Shown piece after piece: positions 41,146 through 50,820 of a DNA stretch of 64,000 bases. This DNA comes from an uncultured delta proteobacterium (GTDB taxonomy: Bacteria > Desulfobacterota > Binatia > Bin18): the NCBI GenBank assembly GCA_963733195.1, contig CAVTCR010000056.1, forward strand, positions 128,001 to 192,000, written 5' to 3'. How positions within the stretch are numbered: position 1 is the first letter of the stretch; each line of letters starts with the position of its first letter. The notes beneath the pieces were generated by a model, which had not been told where the DNA came from, searched no databases, and was given only the letters and a program-made list of their open reading frames with translations. The translations under genes and the position numbers were made by a program.

Positions 41146-41718
41146 TCAGGTCTGGGCGTGACGATGTGAGGCAAGATCGAAAAACAGTTCTTGCCCTGGA
41201 TTTCGCAATTCAGGCTGCTCACCGAGGCGAACTATCTTTGCAGTCATCTGTCCAGGGGCTAAGTCCAGGAGGCCAATTGTTCCCAAGCGAGTAGACCACA
41301 AATGCGGATGGGTCGGGCTACCGGAATTGATTTGCAGCACGCCTTCTCGGTAGTCCAGTCGCTCGAAATGCGTATGGCCTGTGATGATGATGTCGGCATG
41401 CTCGCCTTTGAGATGATATTTCTTGAGTTCAGCAATCGGGCGATCTTCTGGCTCCATATCGTGGATCATTGCCACGCGCCAGCCTTCGAGATCGAGCCAG
41501 TGAATATCTTTCACGCGCGGATCGTCCCAGCCGCTGTCGTTGTTGCCACGGGCAGCTAATGTTGGTGCGATATCCTCTAACCAATCAATGACACGAGGAG
41601 TGACGATATCACCACCGTGCAGGATGAGATCCACGCCAGCAAAGGCAGTCTTTACCTCGTCCCAGAGGTTACGGATGGTACTGGGGAGATGTGTGTCTGT
41701 GAGTAGGCCAATGCGCAT
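41146..41718 (-). CDS. metallophosphoesterase (YfcE/calcineurin-like)
   Basis: LLTDTH, LHGGD, ARGNND, TGHTH, INSGS motifs. Confidence 0.92.
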   Translation of the reverse strand: MRIGLLTDTHLPSTIRNLWDEVKTAFAGVDLILHGGDIVTPRVIDWLEDIAPTLAARGNNDSGWDDPRVKDIHWLDLEGWRVAMIHDMEPEDRPIAELKKYHLKGEHADIIITGHTHFERLDYREGVLQINSGSPTHPHLWSTRLGTIGLLDLAPGQMTAKIVRLGEQPELRNPGQELFFDLASHRHAQT

Positions 41719-41751
41719 ATTGCGTTGTCCTCTAGAGAAGTCGTTTCGGTA

Positions 41752-41840
41752 TTGTCATTCTGAGTGAGGCGAAGAATCTTTTTTTCAGCAAGTTATGAAG
41801 AGAGATTCTTCACTACGTTGCTCTCCGTTCAGAACGACAA
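41752..41840. repeat. REP-like long imperfect palindrome GTCATTCTGAG..GAAGAATCT / AGATTCTTC..TTCAGAACGAC
   Basis: Inverted arms at 41752-41780 and 41801-41840. Confidence 0.8.
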
Positions 41841-41851
41841 GATCACTCTGG

Positions 41852-43018
41852 CTAGTTGAGACCGTAACACTCCAGCACATTCTTCCCGAGAATCTTCGCC
41901 CGTGCTGACTCAGGTAAGAGACTCACCAACTGTTCAAGATTAGGAATATACTTCGGTGGGTGGTCTGCATGGGGAAAGTCACTGGCCCAGAAGAACCGAT
42001 CATCGCCAACGAACGGAATAACGCCCGCCAATGAGCGTTCATCCGGATCACCCGATACCCAGCACTGTCGTTTGAAGTAGAAACTTGGCTTCTCTTTGAG
42101 CGGGACGCTCTTGCCGATCGGTGACTCATATACTGCGTCCATCCGGTCAAGCCAGTAGCCTACCCAACCGGCACCGATTTCGAGAATCACCACGCGTAAC
42201 TCAGGGAACTTATCGAAGACGCCGTACTGAAAGAGCGACGTAAAGCCTTCACGAATGACATTACCAAGCACGACATTCTGAAAGAATGCAGTGTCGCGGC
42301 CCGTCATACGCCCAAAGCGCGTAGGCGCTGCCCAGTGGGGTTCAAATGAGGGATGAAGCCCAAACGGCAACCCCAGCTCTTGGGCTGTGGCAAAGAGACG
42401 ATGATGATCTGGATGACCATGTACTTTGCGGCTCCAAATAAAGGGCGCGGAATAGAAACCTTTCACGCCATCCTTGGCTGCGCGACGGAGTTCTTCCTCC
42501 GCAAGTTCAGGGATGCCGAACGGAATGTGAGCAATCGGCAGCAAGCGACCTCCGGAATCAGAGCAAAAATCGACAATCCAACGATTGTATGCACGGGCAT
42601 ACGCTAGTGCCAATTCGAGATCTTCACACTCGGGCTCCCAGAGGAGTCCAAGGGTAGGGTAGAGGAACACGCGGTCGATGTTCTCGATATCGAGGCGTTT
42701 GAGCCGTTCCTTAGGGTCCATCGACCCGAACGAAGCGTTATCGACATAGCCAGAGCCGGTCGGTTCGCGTTTATATTCGATACCCGCAAGCTGATCCATC
42801 ACTCCAAGTGACGATGGTGCGCCATTGCGCGTCATTCTGGAGGGTTTGTTATCGACTTCAAGATATTCCAACCCGCGCTCATCTTTGCGAATGCGCACCG
42901 CGCGGTCGCGATATTTTGGTTCGAGATATTTTTCCCATAGGTCTGGGGCTTCGAGGATATGACCGTCGGCGTCGACGACGCCAGAAGCGTGTATGCGTGG
43001 CAGATCAGCGGGAGTCAT
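41852..43018 (-). CDS. amidohydrolase family protein (Amidohydro_2)
   Basis: VDADGHILE, LYPTLGL, ARAYNRW, GVFDKFPELRVVILE, WASDFPHAD. Confidence 0.92.
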   Translation of the reverse strand: MTPADLPRIHASGVVDADGHILEAPDLWEKYLEPKYRDRAVRIRKDERGLEYLEVDNKPSRMTRNGAPSSLGVMDQLAGIEYKREPTGSGYVDNASFGSMDPKERLKRLDIENIDRVFLYPTLGLLWEPECEDLELALAYARAYNRWIVDFCSDSGGRLLPIAHIPFGIPELAEEELRRAAKDGVKGFYSAPFIWSRKVHGHPDHHRLFATAQELGLPFGLHPSFEPHWAAPTRFGRMTGRDTAFFQNVVLGNVIREGFTSLFQYGVFDKFPELRVVILEIGAGWVGYWLDRMDAVYESPIGKSVPLKEKPSFYFKRQCWVSGDPDERSLAGVIPFVGDDRFFWASDFPHADHPPKYIPNLEQLVSLLPESARAKILGKNVLECYGLN

Positions 43019-43097
43019 GGGTTTGCTCCTTTTTCATGAAATCGGGCGAATCTTATTCCCCACCGATAGTCTTCACAAGAATGCGCCGTTGTTGGCG

Positions 43098-43592
43098 TCA
43101 AACCGTGCACGTACATCCGCATTCAAGGATGATTTCCACTGGTGAAACTTTCCTGATTGTTCCATCGCGTCGCACGTGCAGGACTAACAGGGTGTATGGA
43201 TCAAACACGACGACATCTTTGATGCCTTGAGAGAGGTAGAAGTGTGGGCCAATCTCCAGATCTTTTGCTTCATACCCTTTGCTGACGATCTCGATCACGG
43301 CTTCTGGAACCGACTTAATCGCTTCGTCTTCCTCAGAAGGTTCTTGGCAGAAAATCGCAATGTCCGGCCGTTTCAACGAACCATCAGGGAAGCTGACGTA
43401 CACATCGGAAATATGAACACACATGCAGTCACTTTGCCGGGAATCCACAGGCTTTCCTTGTTGAATCGTTGCTCGAATGCGGTCGATCGCTTTCTGGTGT
43501 CGATACAACGGATGCGGCTCCCAAATTGGCAGCCCTGCGACAATCTCAAGTCGAATGCCGAGTTCATCGGCGCGGAGGAATTTGGAGTCCAT
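43098..43592 (-). CDS. Uma2 family PD-(D/E)XK endonuclease-like protein
   Basis: RLEIVAG, HQ, KRPDIAIF, PEAVIEIVS, YLSQGIKDVVVFDP. Confidence 0.88.
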   Translation of the reverse strand: MDSKFLRADELGIRLEIVAGLPIWEPHPLYRHQKAIDRIRATIQQGKPVDSRQSDCMCVHISDVYVSFPDGSLKRPDIAIFCQEPSEEDEAIKSVPEAVIEIVSKGYEAKDLEIGPHFYLSQGIKDVVVFDPYTLLVLHVRRDGTIRKVSPVEIILECGCTCTV

Positions 43593-43664
43593 ACGGTCCT
43601 TCTTGTCTACGGAGTGCAGGGGGGTTAGTCCTGCACTTGTCGGCGGTATTACGACATGCTCATC

Positions 43665-44528
43665 TTACTTCTTCTCCAGCTTGATGCCCAGTGCCTTTTG
43701 CGTCTCTGCCGGCAGGCCGGTGGGGTCAAGTAACAAGTTGTACAACTTGAGCCAGTGCGTATGCGCGAGCTGATGCAGAGCGAAAGAGGTTTGCATCGCC
43801 TGTTGGCGACCTTGCACATCTTGTGCAACGTTGACTGCTTCTTTGGTCAGCTTCAGCGCAAACAGTGACTTCTTGGTGATCTTTGCCGCCATTTCGAGAG
43901 CAGCATCTTGCAGCTTTTCTTTCGGTACGATCTGGTTGACCATACCAAGCTGTTTCGCCTCCTCTGCTGAGAGGAAGTCAGAGGTAAACAGCATTTCCTT
44001 GGCCTTGCGCACACCGACTTCCCAGGCGTGTTGGAAGAATTCGACTCCGCCAATACCGAAACTCACGACTGGATCGCTAAACTGGGCGTCCTCACTGGCA
44101 ATGATAATGTCGCAGGGCCAGATCAGCATGAGTCCGCCTGCGATACAGCGACCTTGCACCGCGGCAATGGTTGGTTTGGCTACATTGCGCCAACGCTCGC
44201 TAAAACCGACGTAGATTTCTTTTTCACGTGCCATCTGGGCTTCGGCGCCGGCGCAGGTGAACCCGCACCAAGTGCCGACCGTTCTGAACTCGGACATCTT
44301 CTGGTACGAATTCTGTTCACGCAGATCGTGGCCAGCAGAGAAATGTGGTCCATTGGCGGCGAGAATAATCACTTTGACATTATCGTCTTGCGCGGCGATG
44401 TCGAAAGCGTCATTCAATTCGTAGAGCAATCGTGTGTCTTGCGAATTGCGGGTTTCTGGACGATTGAGCACGATGCGTGCGACATGCTCGGCTGGGGCTT
44501 CATACAGAATGGTTTGGAACTCTTTCAT
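43665..44528 (-). CDS. enoyl-CoA hydratase/isomerase family protein
   Basis: LNRPETRN, FSAGHDL, KPTIAAVQGRCIAGG, CDIIIAS. Confidence 0.93.
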   Translation of the reverse strand: MKEFQTILYEAPAEHVARIVLNRPETRNSQDTRLLYELNDAFDIAAQDDNVKVIILAANGPHFSAGHDLREQNSYQKMSEFRTVGTWCGFTCAGAEAQMAREKEIYVGFSERWRNVAKPTIAAVQGRCIAGGLMLIWPCDIIIASEDAQFSDPVVSFGIGGVEFFQHAWEVGVRKAKEMLFTSDFLSAEEAKQLGMVNQIVPKEKLQDAALEMAAKITKKSLFALKLTKEAVNVAQDVQGRQQAMQTSFALHQLAHTHWLKLYNLLLDPTGLPAETQKALGIKLEKK

Positions 44529-44610
44529 TGTGATTCCCTCCTGTGGGCAGATATTGCGCGATACTCTACACCTCTATATCTCAGGAGCCAATGATCGTAA
44601 GGGATAAGGT

Positions 44611-45435
44611 ATGGAAACAATTCGTGGGAACGTACGCAAGCTGATCGCGACGGTGGAAACTCCGGTGGCCTACACCCTACCCTTGGGTGAGGAGCGTCTG
44701 CCGCTAAATCCTCTCCTCGGAAAGACGGTACGCATTGAATATAGTGGTCAGATTCAGTGTGCAGGCTGTGGTCAACTCACCAAGAAGAGCTTTAATGAGG
44801 GGTTCTGTTTTCGCTGTTTTTCTACTCTGGCTCAATGTGATCTCTGTATCGTGAAACCGGAGCTGTGCCACTTCGCCAAAGGGACATGTCGTGAGCCAGA
44901 GTGGGGGCGGGCACACTGTATGCAACCTCACTATGTGTATCTAGCCAACGCCTCGGGGATAAAAGTGGGCATTACCCGAGGCAGTCAGGTTCCGACACGC
45001 TGGCTTGATCAAGGAGCCGTACAAGCATTGCTCCTGTTGCAGGTCCACAGCCGCCACCAGGCTGGACTTGTCGAAGTGGCGATGAAACAGCATGTTTCTG
45101 ACCGCACCGATTGGCGAAAGATGTTGAAGGGGGAACCGGAGATGCACGATTTGAAAGCCCAACGAGAAGGGCTTCTTGCTCGGTGTGCAGAGGCGCTGGC
45201 GACGAGCGCTGTCACGACAGAAAGACCTGAGCCTGTGTTCCTGGAGACAGAAGAGGTGCGGAAGTTCAACTATCCAGTCCTCACTTATCCCCAACGAGTG
45301 ACTGCGTTAAACCTCGACAAAACTGCTGTAGTCGAGGGGACGTTACTTGGTATCAAAGGGCAGTACCTCATCTTTGATGTCGGTGTGCTCAACGTGCGGA
45401 AGTTCACCGGGTATCAAGTGACGGTGACGGCGTAA
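44611..45435 (+). CDS. DUF2797-like Cys-rich protein
   Basis: CAGCG..KKSFNEGFCFRC..CDLCIVKPELCH..GTCREPEW, HYVYLAN, KVGITR, RWLDQGA, GIKGQYLI. Confidence 0.88.
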   Translation: METIRGNVRKLIATVETPVAYTLPLGEERLPLNPLLGKTVRIEYSGQIQCAGCGQLTKKSFNEGFCFRCFSTLAQCDLCIVKPELCHFAKGTCREPEWGRAHCMQPHYVYLANASGIKVGITRGSQVPTRWLDQGAVQALLLLQVHSRHQAGLVEVAMKQHVSDRTDWRKMLKGEPEMHDLKAQREGLLARCAEALATSAVTTERPEPVFLETEEVRKFNYPVLTYPQRVTALNLDKTAVVEGTLLGIKGQYLIFDVGVLNVRKFTGYQVTVTA

Positions 45436-45437
45436 CG

Positions 45438-45467
45438 TTGACAGTCCCGAGACCCGAAGGTTACTGT
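45438..45467 (+). promoter_or_regulatory. putative sigma70 promoter upstream of the hpaB-like gene
   Basis: TTGACA, 18-nt spacer, TACTGT, then AAGGAG RBS. Confidence 0.5.
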
Positions 45468-45505
45468 GCCGTCCCAACTGAAGTCAGTAAACAAGGAGTG
45501 CATAT

Positions 45506-47044
45506 ATGGCCGAAGCGGTAGCAAAAACGACATTCGAACGTCCGAAACGAGTGCCCATGACTGGTGCGCAGTATCTGGAAGGTCTGCGTGATGATCGAGA
45601 AATCTGGATCAATGGTGAGCGCGTCAAGGATGTGACAACGCATCCGGCGTTTCGCAATGGTGCCCGGTCAGTCGCACGATTGTATGACGCCTTGCATGAT
45701 CCCGAGCAACAAGCTGTCCTCACTGGGCTTACGCCGAACGGTGCGCTAACTCACAAGTCGTTTCTACTCGCTCGGACGCCGCAAGAGCTGCTGGCGCGTT
45801 CTGAAGCGATGCGTGTCTGGAGTCGCTTGCACTTCGGCTTTATGGGTCGTAGCCCGGACTATAAAGCGGGACTGGTGGTGAGCCTTGGGGCGTGGCCGGA
45901 GTACTTTGCGCCGTATGCGGAAAATGCGAAGTATTGGTATCACAAATTATCAGATGAATGTCTGTATCTGAATCATGTCGGTATCAATCCAATGGTCGAT
46001 CGCTCGAAGGCCCTTCACGAGCAAAAGGAAGTATTCGTCCGTGCCATCGAGGAACGTGATGACGGTATCGTGGTCAGCGGGGCAAAGATGGTCGGTACCG
46101 CTGCCGCGTTCACGCATTATAACTTCATTTTCAACTATGGTGCGGTGCCGCTCAGTGACGGTGATACCGATCACGCGTTGGTGTTCATCATTCCCACCAA
46201 CGCACCAGGAGTGAAGTTGCTCTCGCGCCCATCATACGAGTTAGCTGCCAGCCGGTCTCATCCCTTCGATTATCCCTTGTCAAGTCGCTTCGACGAGAAT
46301 GATGCAACTATGATTCTCGATCGTGTTTTTGTCCCGTGGGAGAATGTGTTTGTCTTTCGTGACATCCCCAAGACCAACGGATTCTTCCCACAAGCGCAAG
46401 TGCTGCAAAACCTCATGCTACAAGGGGCTACACGCTTTGCAACCAAACTTGAATTCTTTACTGGGCTCTTTCTGATGGTCGCAGAGTCGAACGGCACTAT
46501 CGGTTTTCGTGGCGTGCAAGAAAAACTCGGCGAGGCTATCGCCTACGTCCACACATTCAATGCCCTGGTGCGTGATGCGTGTTTGTCCCCTGATCCTGCT
46601 GCCAACGGCTATGTGGCTCCGTCGCATCGTTCGATGTGGGCCTATCGCGTTCAGGCACCCAGTGTCTACCCGCGCATGCGCGAGTTGATTGAACTGGTTG
46701 CAGCCGGCGGACTGATCCAGATTCCGTCGAGTGCCAAAGATTTTGCTAATCCTGCGTTGCGTCCGTTTCTTGACCAATATTACAAAGGTGCGAACATGAA
46801 TGCCGAGCAGCGAGTGAAGCTGAGTAAGTTGGTGTGGGATGCTATCGGCAGTGAGTTCGGTGGCCGTCACGAACTATACGAACGCAACTATGCTGGCAAT
46901 GTTGAAAACCTCAAGGTCGAAACTTTCTTTTCCTCACAAGCTGATGGCGATCGCGCAACGCTCGAACGTCTCGTGCAGTCTTGCCTCAGTGACTATGACC
47001 TCAATGGTTGGACCGTGCCGACGTGGATGGGGCCGGAAAAATAG
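45506..47044 (+). CDS. hpaB: 4-hydroxyphenylacetate 3-hydroxylase family oxygenase component
   Basis: MTGAQYLEGLRDDREIW, GFMGRSPDYK, GAKMVGT, PLSSRFDENDA, IGSEFGGRHELYERNYAG. Substrate not determinable. Confidence 0.92.
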   Translation: MAEAVAKTTFERPKRVPMTGAQYLEGLRDDREIWINGERVKDVTTHPAFRNGARSVARLYDALHDPEQQAVLTGLTPNGALTHKSFLLARTPQELLARSEAMRVWSRLHFGFMGRSPDYKAGLVVSLGAWPEYFAPYAENAKYWYHKLSDECLYLNHVGINPMVDRSKALHEQKEVFVRAIEERDDGIVVSGAKMVGTAAAFTHYNFIFNYGAVPLSDGDTDHALVFIIPTNAPGVKLLSRPSYELAASRSHPFDYPLSSRFDENDATMILDRVFVPWENVFVFRDIPKTNGFFPQAQVLQNLMLQGATRFATKLEFFTGLFLMVAESNGTIGFRGVQEKLGEAIAYVHTFNALVRDACLSPDPAANGYVAPSHRSMWAYRVQAPSVYPRMRELIELVAAGGLIQIPSSAKDFANPALRPFLDQYYKGANMNAEQRVKLSKLVWDAIGSEFGGRHELYERNYAGNVENLKVETFFSSQADGDRATLERLVQSCLSDYDLNGWTVPTWMGPEK

Positions 47045-47054
47045 CGAGATGGTT

Positions 47055-47082
47055 ATAGGGGCACGATGCACTGTGCCTCTAC
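47055..47082. repeat. REP-like palindrome (A)TAGGGGCAC..GTGCCTCTAC between convergent genes
   Basis: ataggggcacgatgcactgtgcctctac; GTAG-type REP geometry; overlaps the ligase stop codon. Confidence 0.65.
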
Positions 47083-48206
47083 GCTTCTTCCTCAATCACT
47101 GCTGGCGGTGCAACGTTGGTCGCAGCCAACTCGTCCTCCAGCAATTGTCGCAGTAGCCGATCGTGAACGTCTTTGTTGTCCCAAAATAGCATCGCCAGCG
47201 AAAAATCACGCGACGTGAGTTGCTGGCGCATCTGAATGGCGAAATCTTTGCGCGACAACATTCGATGCCGATCGACTTCCTTCCGCACTGTAGAGGTATG
47301 CTCTCCGACGGTCTGCACGGCACGGAAAAATCCGGTGATGAACGGCAACGCCCACATAATAGTTTCTTCGTCGAACTGACGAATCAGTGAATCCACAAAT
47401 ACTGGTTGTGACGGGCGACCTGCTTGAAACCACATGTCGATGAGCCGGCTCGTGCTCATGCGGTACTTAAACGCGTGCTTAGCGATGTACGAGACGCATT
47501 TCACCTTGACGAGGGTTTGCTCGTCATGAATGCGAATGACATAGCCTTCTTTTTCCGTGTCCGATGCGAGCGTGGCATAGAGGTCGGTCCATCCGCTCTC
47601 ATTCAAGAGAAAGAACTCGACCAACTGGATTCCGGTGTGTGCCGCTATGTCCTGGAGTTCGATCATCCGCAGGTAGCGTAACTCGCGATGATGAATACCA
47701 CCGACCAAAAAGAGGTCAGTATGTGCATACTTCAGAATAATCACATTTGACGGGCTCACCCACTCAAACAACAGACTCGTATTCGGGAGATAGGCGGGGT
47801 CTAACAGCTGGGGATAACGGCGTGTGCATTCGTCGATTTCGTGGGCGTTATCCTGATGCTGATAGCTAAACGCGCCACGCGTCCGTAATAACACCTGCCC
47901 CTGATGAACAGAACGGACCAGTAAACTTCCGTCCAGTTTGACCGTGGCAACGGCATCACCACGGACACAGGCATTGACGATGTCGGCAGCATCGACGCGT
48001 AATCCGTCTGGACCCTGGCCAAGGTTCATAAACTTTTTGAAGCCTTGGGAGACGGTTTCGCCTGCCACTGTTTCCAGGCGTGACCGATAGTGAATATTCT
48101 CCAGTGTCCAGACGTGATCGGCGAAAACCGTGGCGGCTTTCGGCGTAATCAGCCGTAACCCATCACGCTCTTGGATGAAGAAGTGTTCGGGATCAAGATG
48201 TGGCAC
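47079..48206 (-). CDS. T4 Rnl1-like RNA ligase (nucleotidyltransferase)
   Basis: KKFMNLGQ, motif I KLDGSL, RTRG, motif III FEWVSPSNVII, motif IV EGYVI, motif V VKVK. Confidence 0.85.
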   Translation of the reverse strand: MPHLDPEHFFIQERDGLRLITPKAATVFADHVWTLENIHYRSRLETVAGETVSQGFKKFMNLGQGPDGLRVDAADIVNACVRGDAVATVKLDGSLLVRSVHQGQVLLRTRGAFSYQHQDNAHEIDECTRRYPQLLDPAYLPNTSLLFEWVSPSNVIILKYAHTDLFLVGGIHHRELRYLRMIELQDIAAHTGIQLVEFFLLNESGWTDLYATLASDTEKEGYVIRIHDEQTLVKVKCVSYIAKHAFKYRMSTSRLIDMWFQAGRPSQPVFVDSLIRQFDEETIMWALPFITGFFRAVQTVGEHTSTVRKEVDRHRMLSRKDFAIQMRQQLTSRDFSLAMLFWDNKDVHDRLLRQLLEDELAATNVAPPAVIEEEA

Positions 48207-48274
48207 AGAGGATATAGTAAAGGAGGAGAGGGACTACAGGCAATGAGAGGTTCTCCCCTTTGTGGTACTCGACC

Positions 48275-49489
48275 TCAAACGATTTCTTTTTCATTGACCC
48301 ACCGTAAGGTGATGAGCCCGATCACGCCGATCACGGTCAGAACAAGCCACGAGGAACGGTAACTTCCCGTTACATCAGCAAGCAAGCCGAACAGCGGTGG
48401 GGCCAATAGCGTTGCCGGCATAGATAGGCCTTGGACCAGGGAGATGGCGGTGCCCGCAGACTCTGCGCCGACCGTTTCAATGACTAATGTCCCGAGAATC
48501 CCTGTCCACGCAAAAGCTGAAATGCCGAAAAGCACTGCAAGAACTCCGACCAACCACAGTGGCGTGTGCGATGGGATGAGTGCCGCGCCTAACGTACTGC
48601 AAACAGTAAGTGCGATAATGATAACCAACACGGGATGCCGTTTGCCCTGAAACTGTCGGTCGCTAACTAACCCCCAACCGATCCGTGCGACCATTGCTGC
48701 GACATTGACGACAACGAAAAGCGCCCCTGCGATCACTACAGAAGCGCCAAAAGCCTCATGCAAAAAGAGCACGAAGTACGTCGTCGCGGCCATTTGGGTG
48801 AACACCTGACAATTGAAGATCAGAGCTAATAGCAAGAGCTGTCGGTCGCGCATGAGGTCGCGAAACGAACGCATCGCTGTTGTTCCTATCGCTTGCTTGC
48901 GTGGCGGATCAAAGTAGGCGACGATAATCAATATCGCACCAATAACGGAGAGCAACCCACCTGCGAGATACACTGAGCGCCAACCGTAATGCAAGGCAAG
49001 CAGTGGTGCGACGCCGGCGGCAAGCATCCCACCGATCGGTACGCCAGTCTGACGAATGCCCATAGCAAATCCACGCTGGGATTGCGGGAACCAACGCATC
49101 ACCGCAGCACTACCGGCAGGATTCTGCATGCCGTTGCCTAGCCCTAGTGCTAGGCAGCCAAGCACTAGACTCCAGAACCCACTGCTCCACGAAACCGCTA
49201 GTGCCGCGAGAGCACCCAGGACTCCTGAGAGAATCAACACCTGCCTCTCACCTACACGATCCGCGGCTCGTCCCCCGAACAGAGCCGAAGGAGCAGCGGT
49301 AAGAAACACGGCTGTAGAAACCAAGCCGACTTCAGCGCGGCTGATGTGTAGATCATCTTGTAAAAAGGGAGCGAGCGGTCCGAACGCTGAAGCGAGGATA
49401 TTGGCTGCCGCTTGTCCCAACGTTGTCATGCCGAGCGCGTACCAACGGTAGCGCTCAGCGGCCAATAAAGAAGTACGATAAGAAAACAC
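48275..49489 (-). CDS. MFS transporter
   Basis: About 12 hydrophobic helices; GRAADRVGER; WFPQSQRGFAMG; GLVSDR. Confidence 0.93.
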   Translation of the reverse strand: MFSYRTSLLAAERYRWYALGMTTLGQAAANILASAFGPLAPFLQDDLHISRAEVGLVSTAVFLTAAPSALFGGRAADRVGERQVLILSGVLGALAALAVSWSSGFWSLVLGCLALGLGNGMQNPAGSAAVMRWFPQSQRGFAMGIRQTGVPIGGMLAAGVAPLLALHYGWRSVYLAGGLLSVIGAILIIVAYFDPPRKQAIGTTAMRSFRDLMRDRQLLLLALIFNCQVFTQMAATTYFVLFLHEAFGASVVIAGALFVVVNVAAMVARIGWGLVSDRQFQGKRHPVLVIIIALTVCSTLGAALIPSHTPLWLVGVLAVLFGISAFAWTGILGTLVIETVGAESAGTAISLVQGLSMPATLLAPPLFGLLADVTGSYRSSWLVLTVIGVIGLITLRWVNEKEIV

Positions 49490-49607
49490 CGCATGTGTGT
49501 AGCAAGAACTACCGCACCTATAAACGGCATGAAGAATATTCCGTCGGTTGCGGTGGACTTGAGACTGTTTACGAATCGCGGTACCTGTTACAAAGCGTGA
49601 GGAGACG

Positions 49608-50669
49608 ATGATGGCCCTTGCAAATACACCGCTGCAGTCTGCAACGTATGAACTTGCTGATGCACTCGATGTGAACGAGCTGTATCAACAAAAAGGCTGG
49701 ACCGACGGTCTGCCAATCGTTCCGCCGACGGAAGAACGAGTACATGAATTTCTCACTACTGCTCAACTTGAACCGGGAGATGTCGTTGGCATAGAGTCCG
49801 TGCGTCAACGTCCGATCACGGCAGAAAAAGTCGCGATTAACGCGGTCATGGCGGGGTGCCTGCCGACCTTCATGCCGGTAATTGTGGCGGTGTTGCGGGC
49901 CATGTGTGACGAAGAGTTTAATCTCCATGGCAGCACGGCTAGTACAGGGGGTAGCGCACCACTTATTATTGTCAACGGGCCTATCCGCACCGCGCTGGGA
50001 ATGAACACGACGCATAATGCACTTGCCAATGGCAGCCGGGCGAATGCTACGATCGGACGTGCGATTCGCTTGCTCCTTATCAACGTGCTCGGCTGCATTC
50101 CTGGCCAGCTTGATCGCTCTACTCTCGGACATCCAGGGAAATTCACTTTTTGTATCGCTGAAGATGAAGAAGACAGTCCATGGATTCCACTGGCGCAAGA
50201 ACGTGGTGTACCAAGCGGTACCTCCGGCGTTACAGTGATGGCCTGTGAATCACCCCATCAAGTGATGAACGAGTGGACCAAAGATCCAGAAGAGATTATG
50301 GAGACGTTTGCGGCGGAGATTCGTCACAATATGTTGACCTATTCGATCTGGGCAGGGAACTATGCGATTGTGATTCCCAAGCAGTTGCGTGAATTGTTGG
50401 TTGCCGCCGGCTGGCAAAAGAAGAATATTCGCGAGTATGTATTCCAATCTGCTCGCGTGCTGCGGAAGGAGTGGGCGACAGTCGGGAAGAAGAATATCGT
50501 CGAACGCGGCAAAGGTCCTGAGCAAGAGTTTACTGCACTGCGCTCACCGGACGATCTCTTAGTTATTGCTGCAGGTGGTTCGGCTGGAGGGTTTGGTGCG
50601 GTGATCCCACCTTGGCTTGGGACGTGGTCGCATGCGGTTACAAGGGCGGTGAGAAGGCCTGAGGACTGA
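49608..50669 (+). CDS. conserved protein of unknown function typically found with UGSC-type (seleno)proteins
   Basis: GWTDGLPIVPPTEERV, EKVAINAVMAGC, IIVNGPI, RANATIGRA, STLGHPGK, AEDEEDSPW. Confidence 0.85.
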   Translation: MMALANTPLQSATYELADALDVNELYQQKGWTDGLPIVPPTEERVHEFLTTAQLEPGDVVGIESVRQRPITAEKVAINAVMAGCLPTFMPVIVAVLRAMCDEEFNLHGSTASTGGSAPLIIVNGPIRTALGMNTTHNALANGSRANATIGRAIRLLLINVLGCIPGQLDRSTLGHPGKFTFCIAEDEEDSPWIPLAQERGVPSGTSGVTVMACESPHQVMNEWTKDPEEIMETFAAEIRHNMLTYSIWAGNYAIVIPKQLRELLVAAGWQKKNIREYVFQSARVLRKEWATVGKKNIVERGKGPEQEFTALRSPDDLLVIAAGGSAGGFGAVIPPWLGTWSHAVTRAVRRPED

Positions 50670-50800
50670 GTGATGAGTGATGAGAAAGGCTTTAGGCTAA
50701 AGGGTAAAATCAGAGCGACTAGTTTCGGTCTTCTTCAATTTGGCCTTTAGTTTTTTTGTTGACCCTATAGCCTTCAGCCTATAGCCTTTTTCGCTGACTA
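50659..50800. repeat. stacked heptamer repeats: GGACTGAG/TGATGAG arm over the stop codon plus a TAGGC/GCCTA hairpin
   Basis: tgaggactgagtgatgagtgatgag, aaaggctttaggctaaagggt ... accctatagccttcagcctatagccttt. Confidence 0.75.
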
Positions 50801-50820
50801 CTTTTGTGTGAGGTTTTCTT

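Noticed and set aside
41146-48206. Metallophosphoesterase as the end-healing partner of the RNA ligase
   Set aside because: Over 5 kb apart with unrelated genes on both strands between them; the enzyme is a generic YfcE-like type with no kinase domain.
50660-50700. Sec read-through at the TGA ending the UGSC partner gene
   Set aside because: Followed by heptamer repeats rather than a conserved coding motif or a SECIS-like hairpin.
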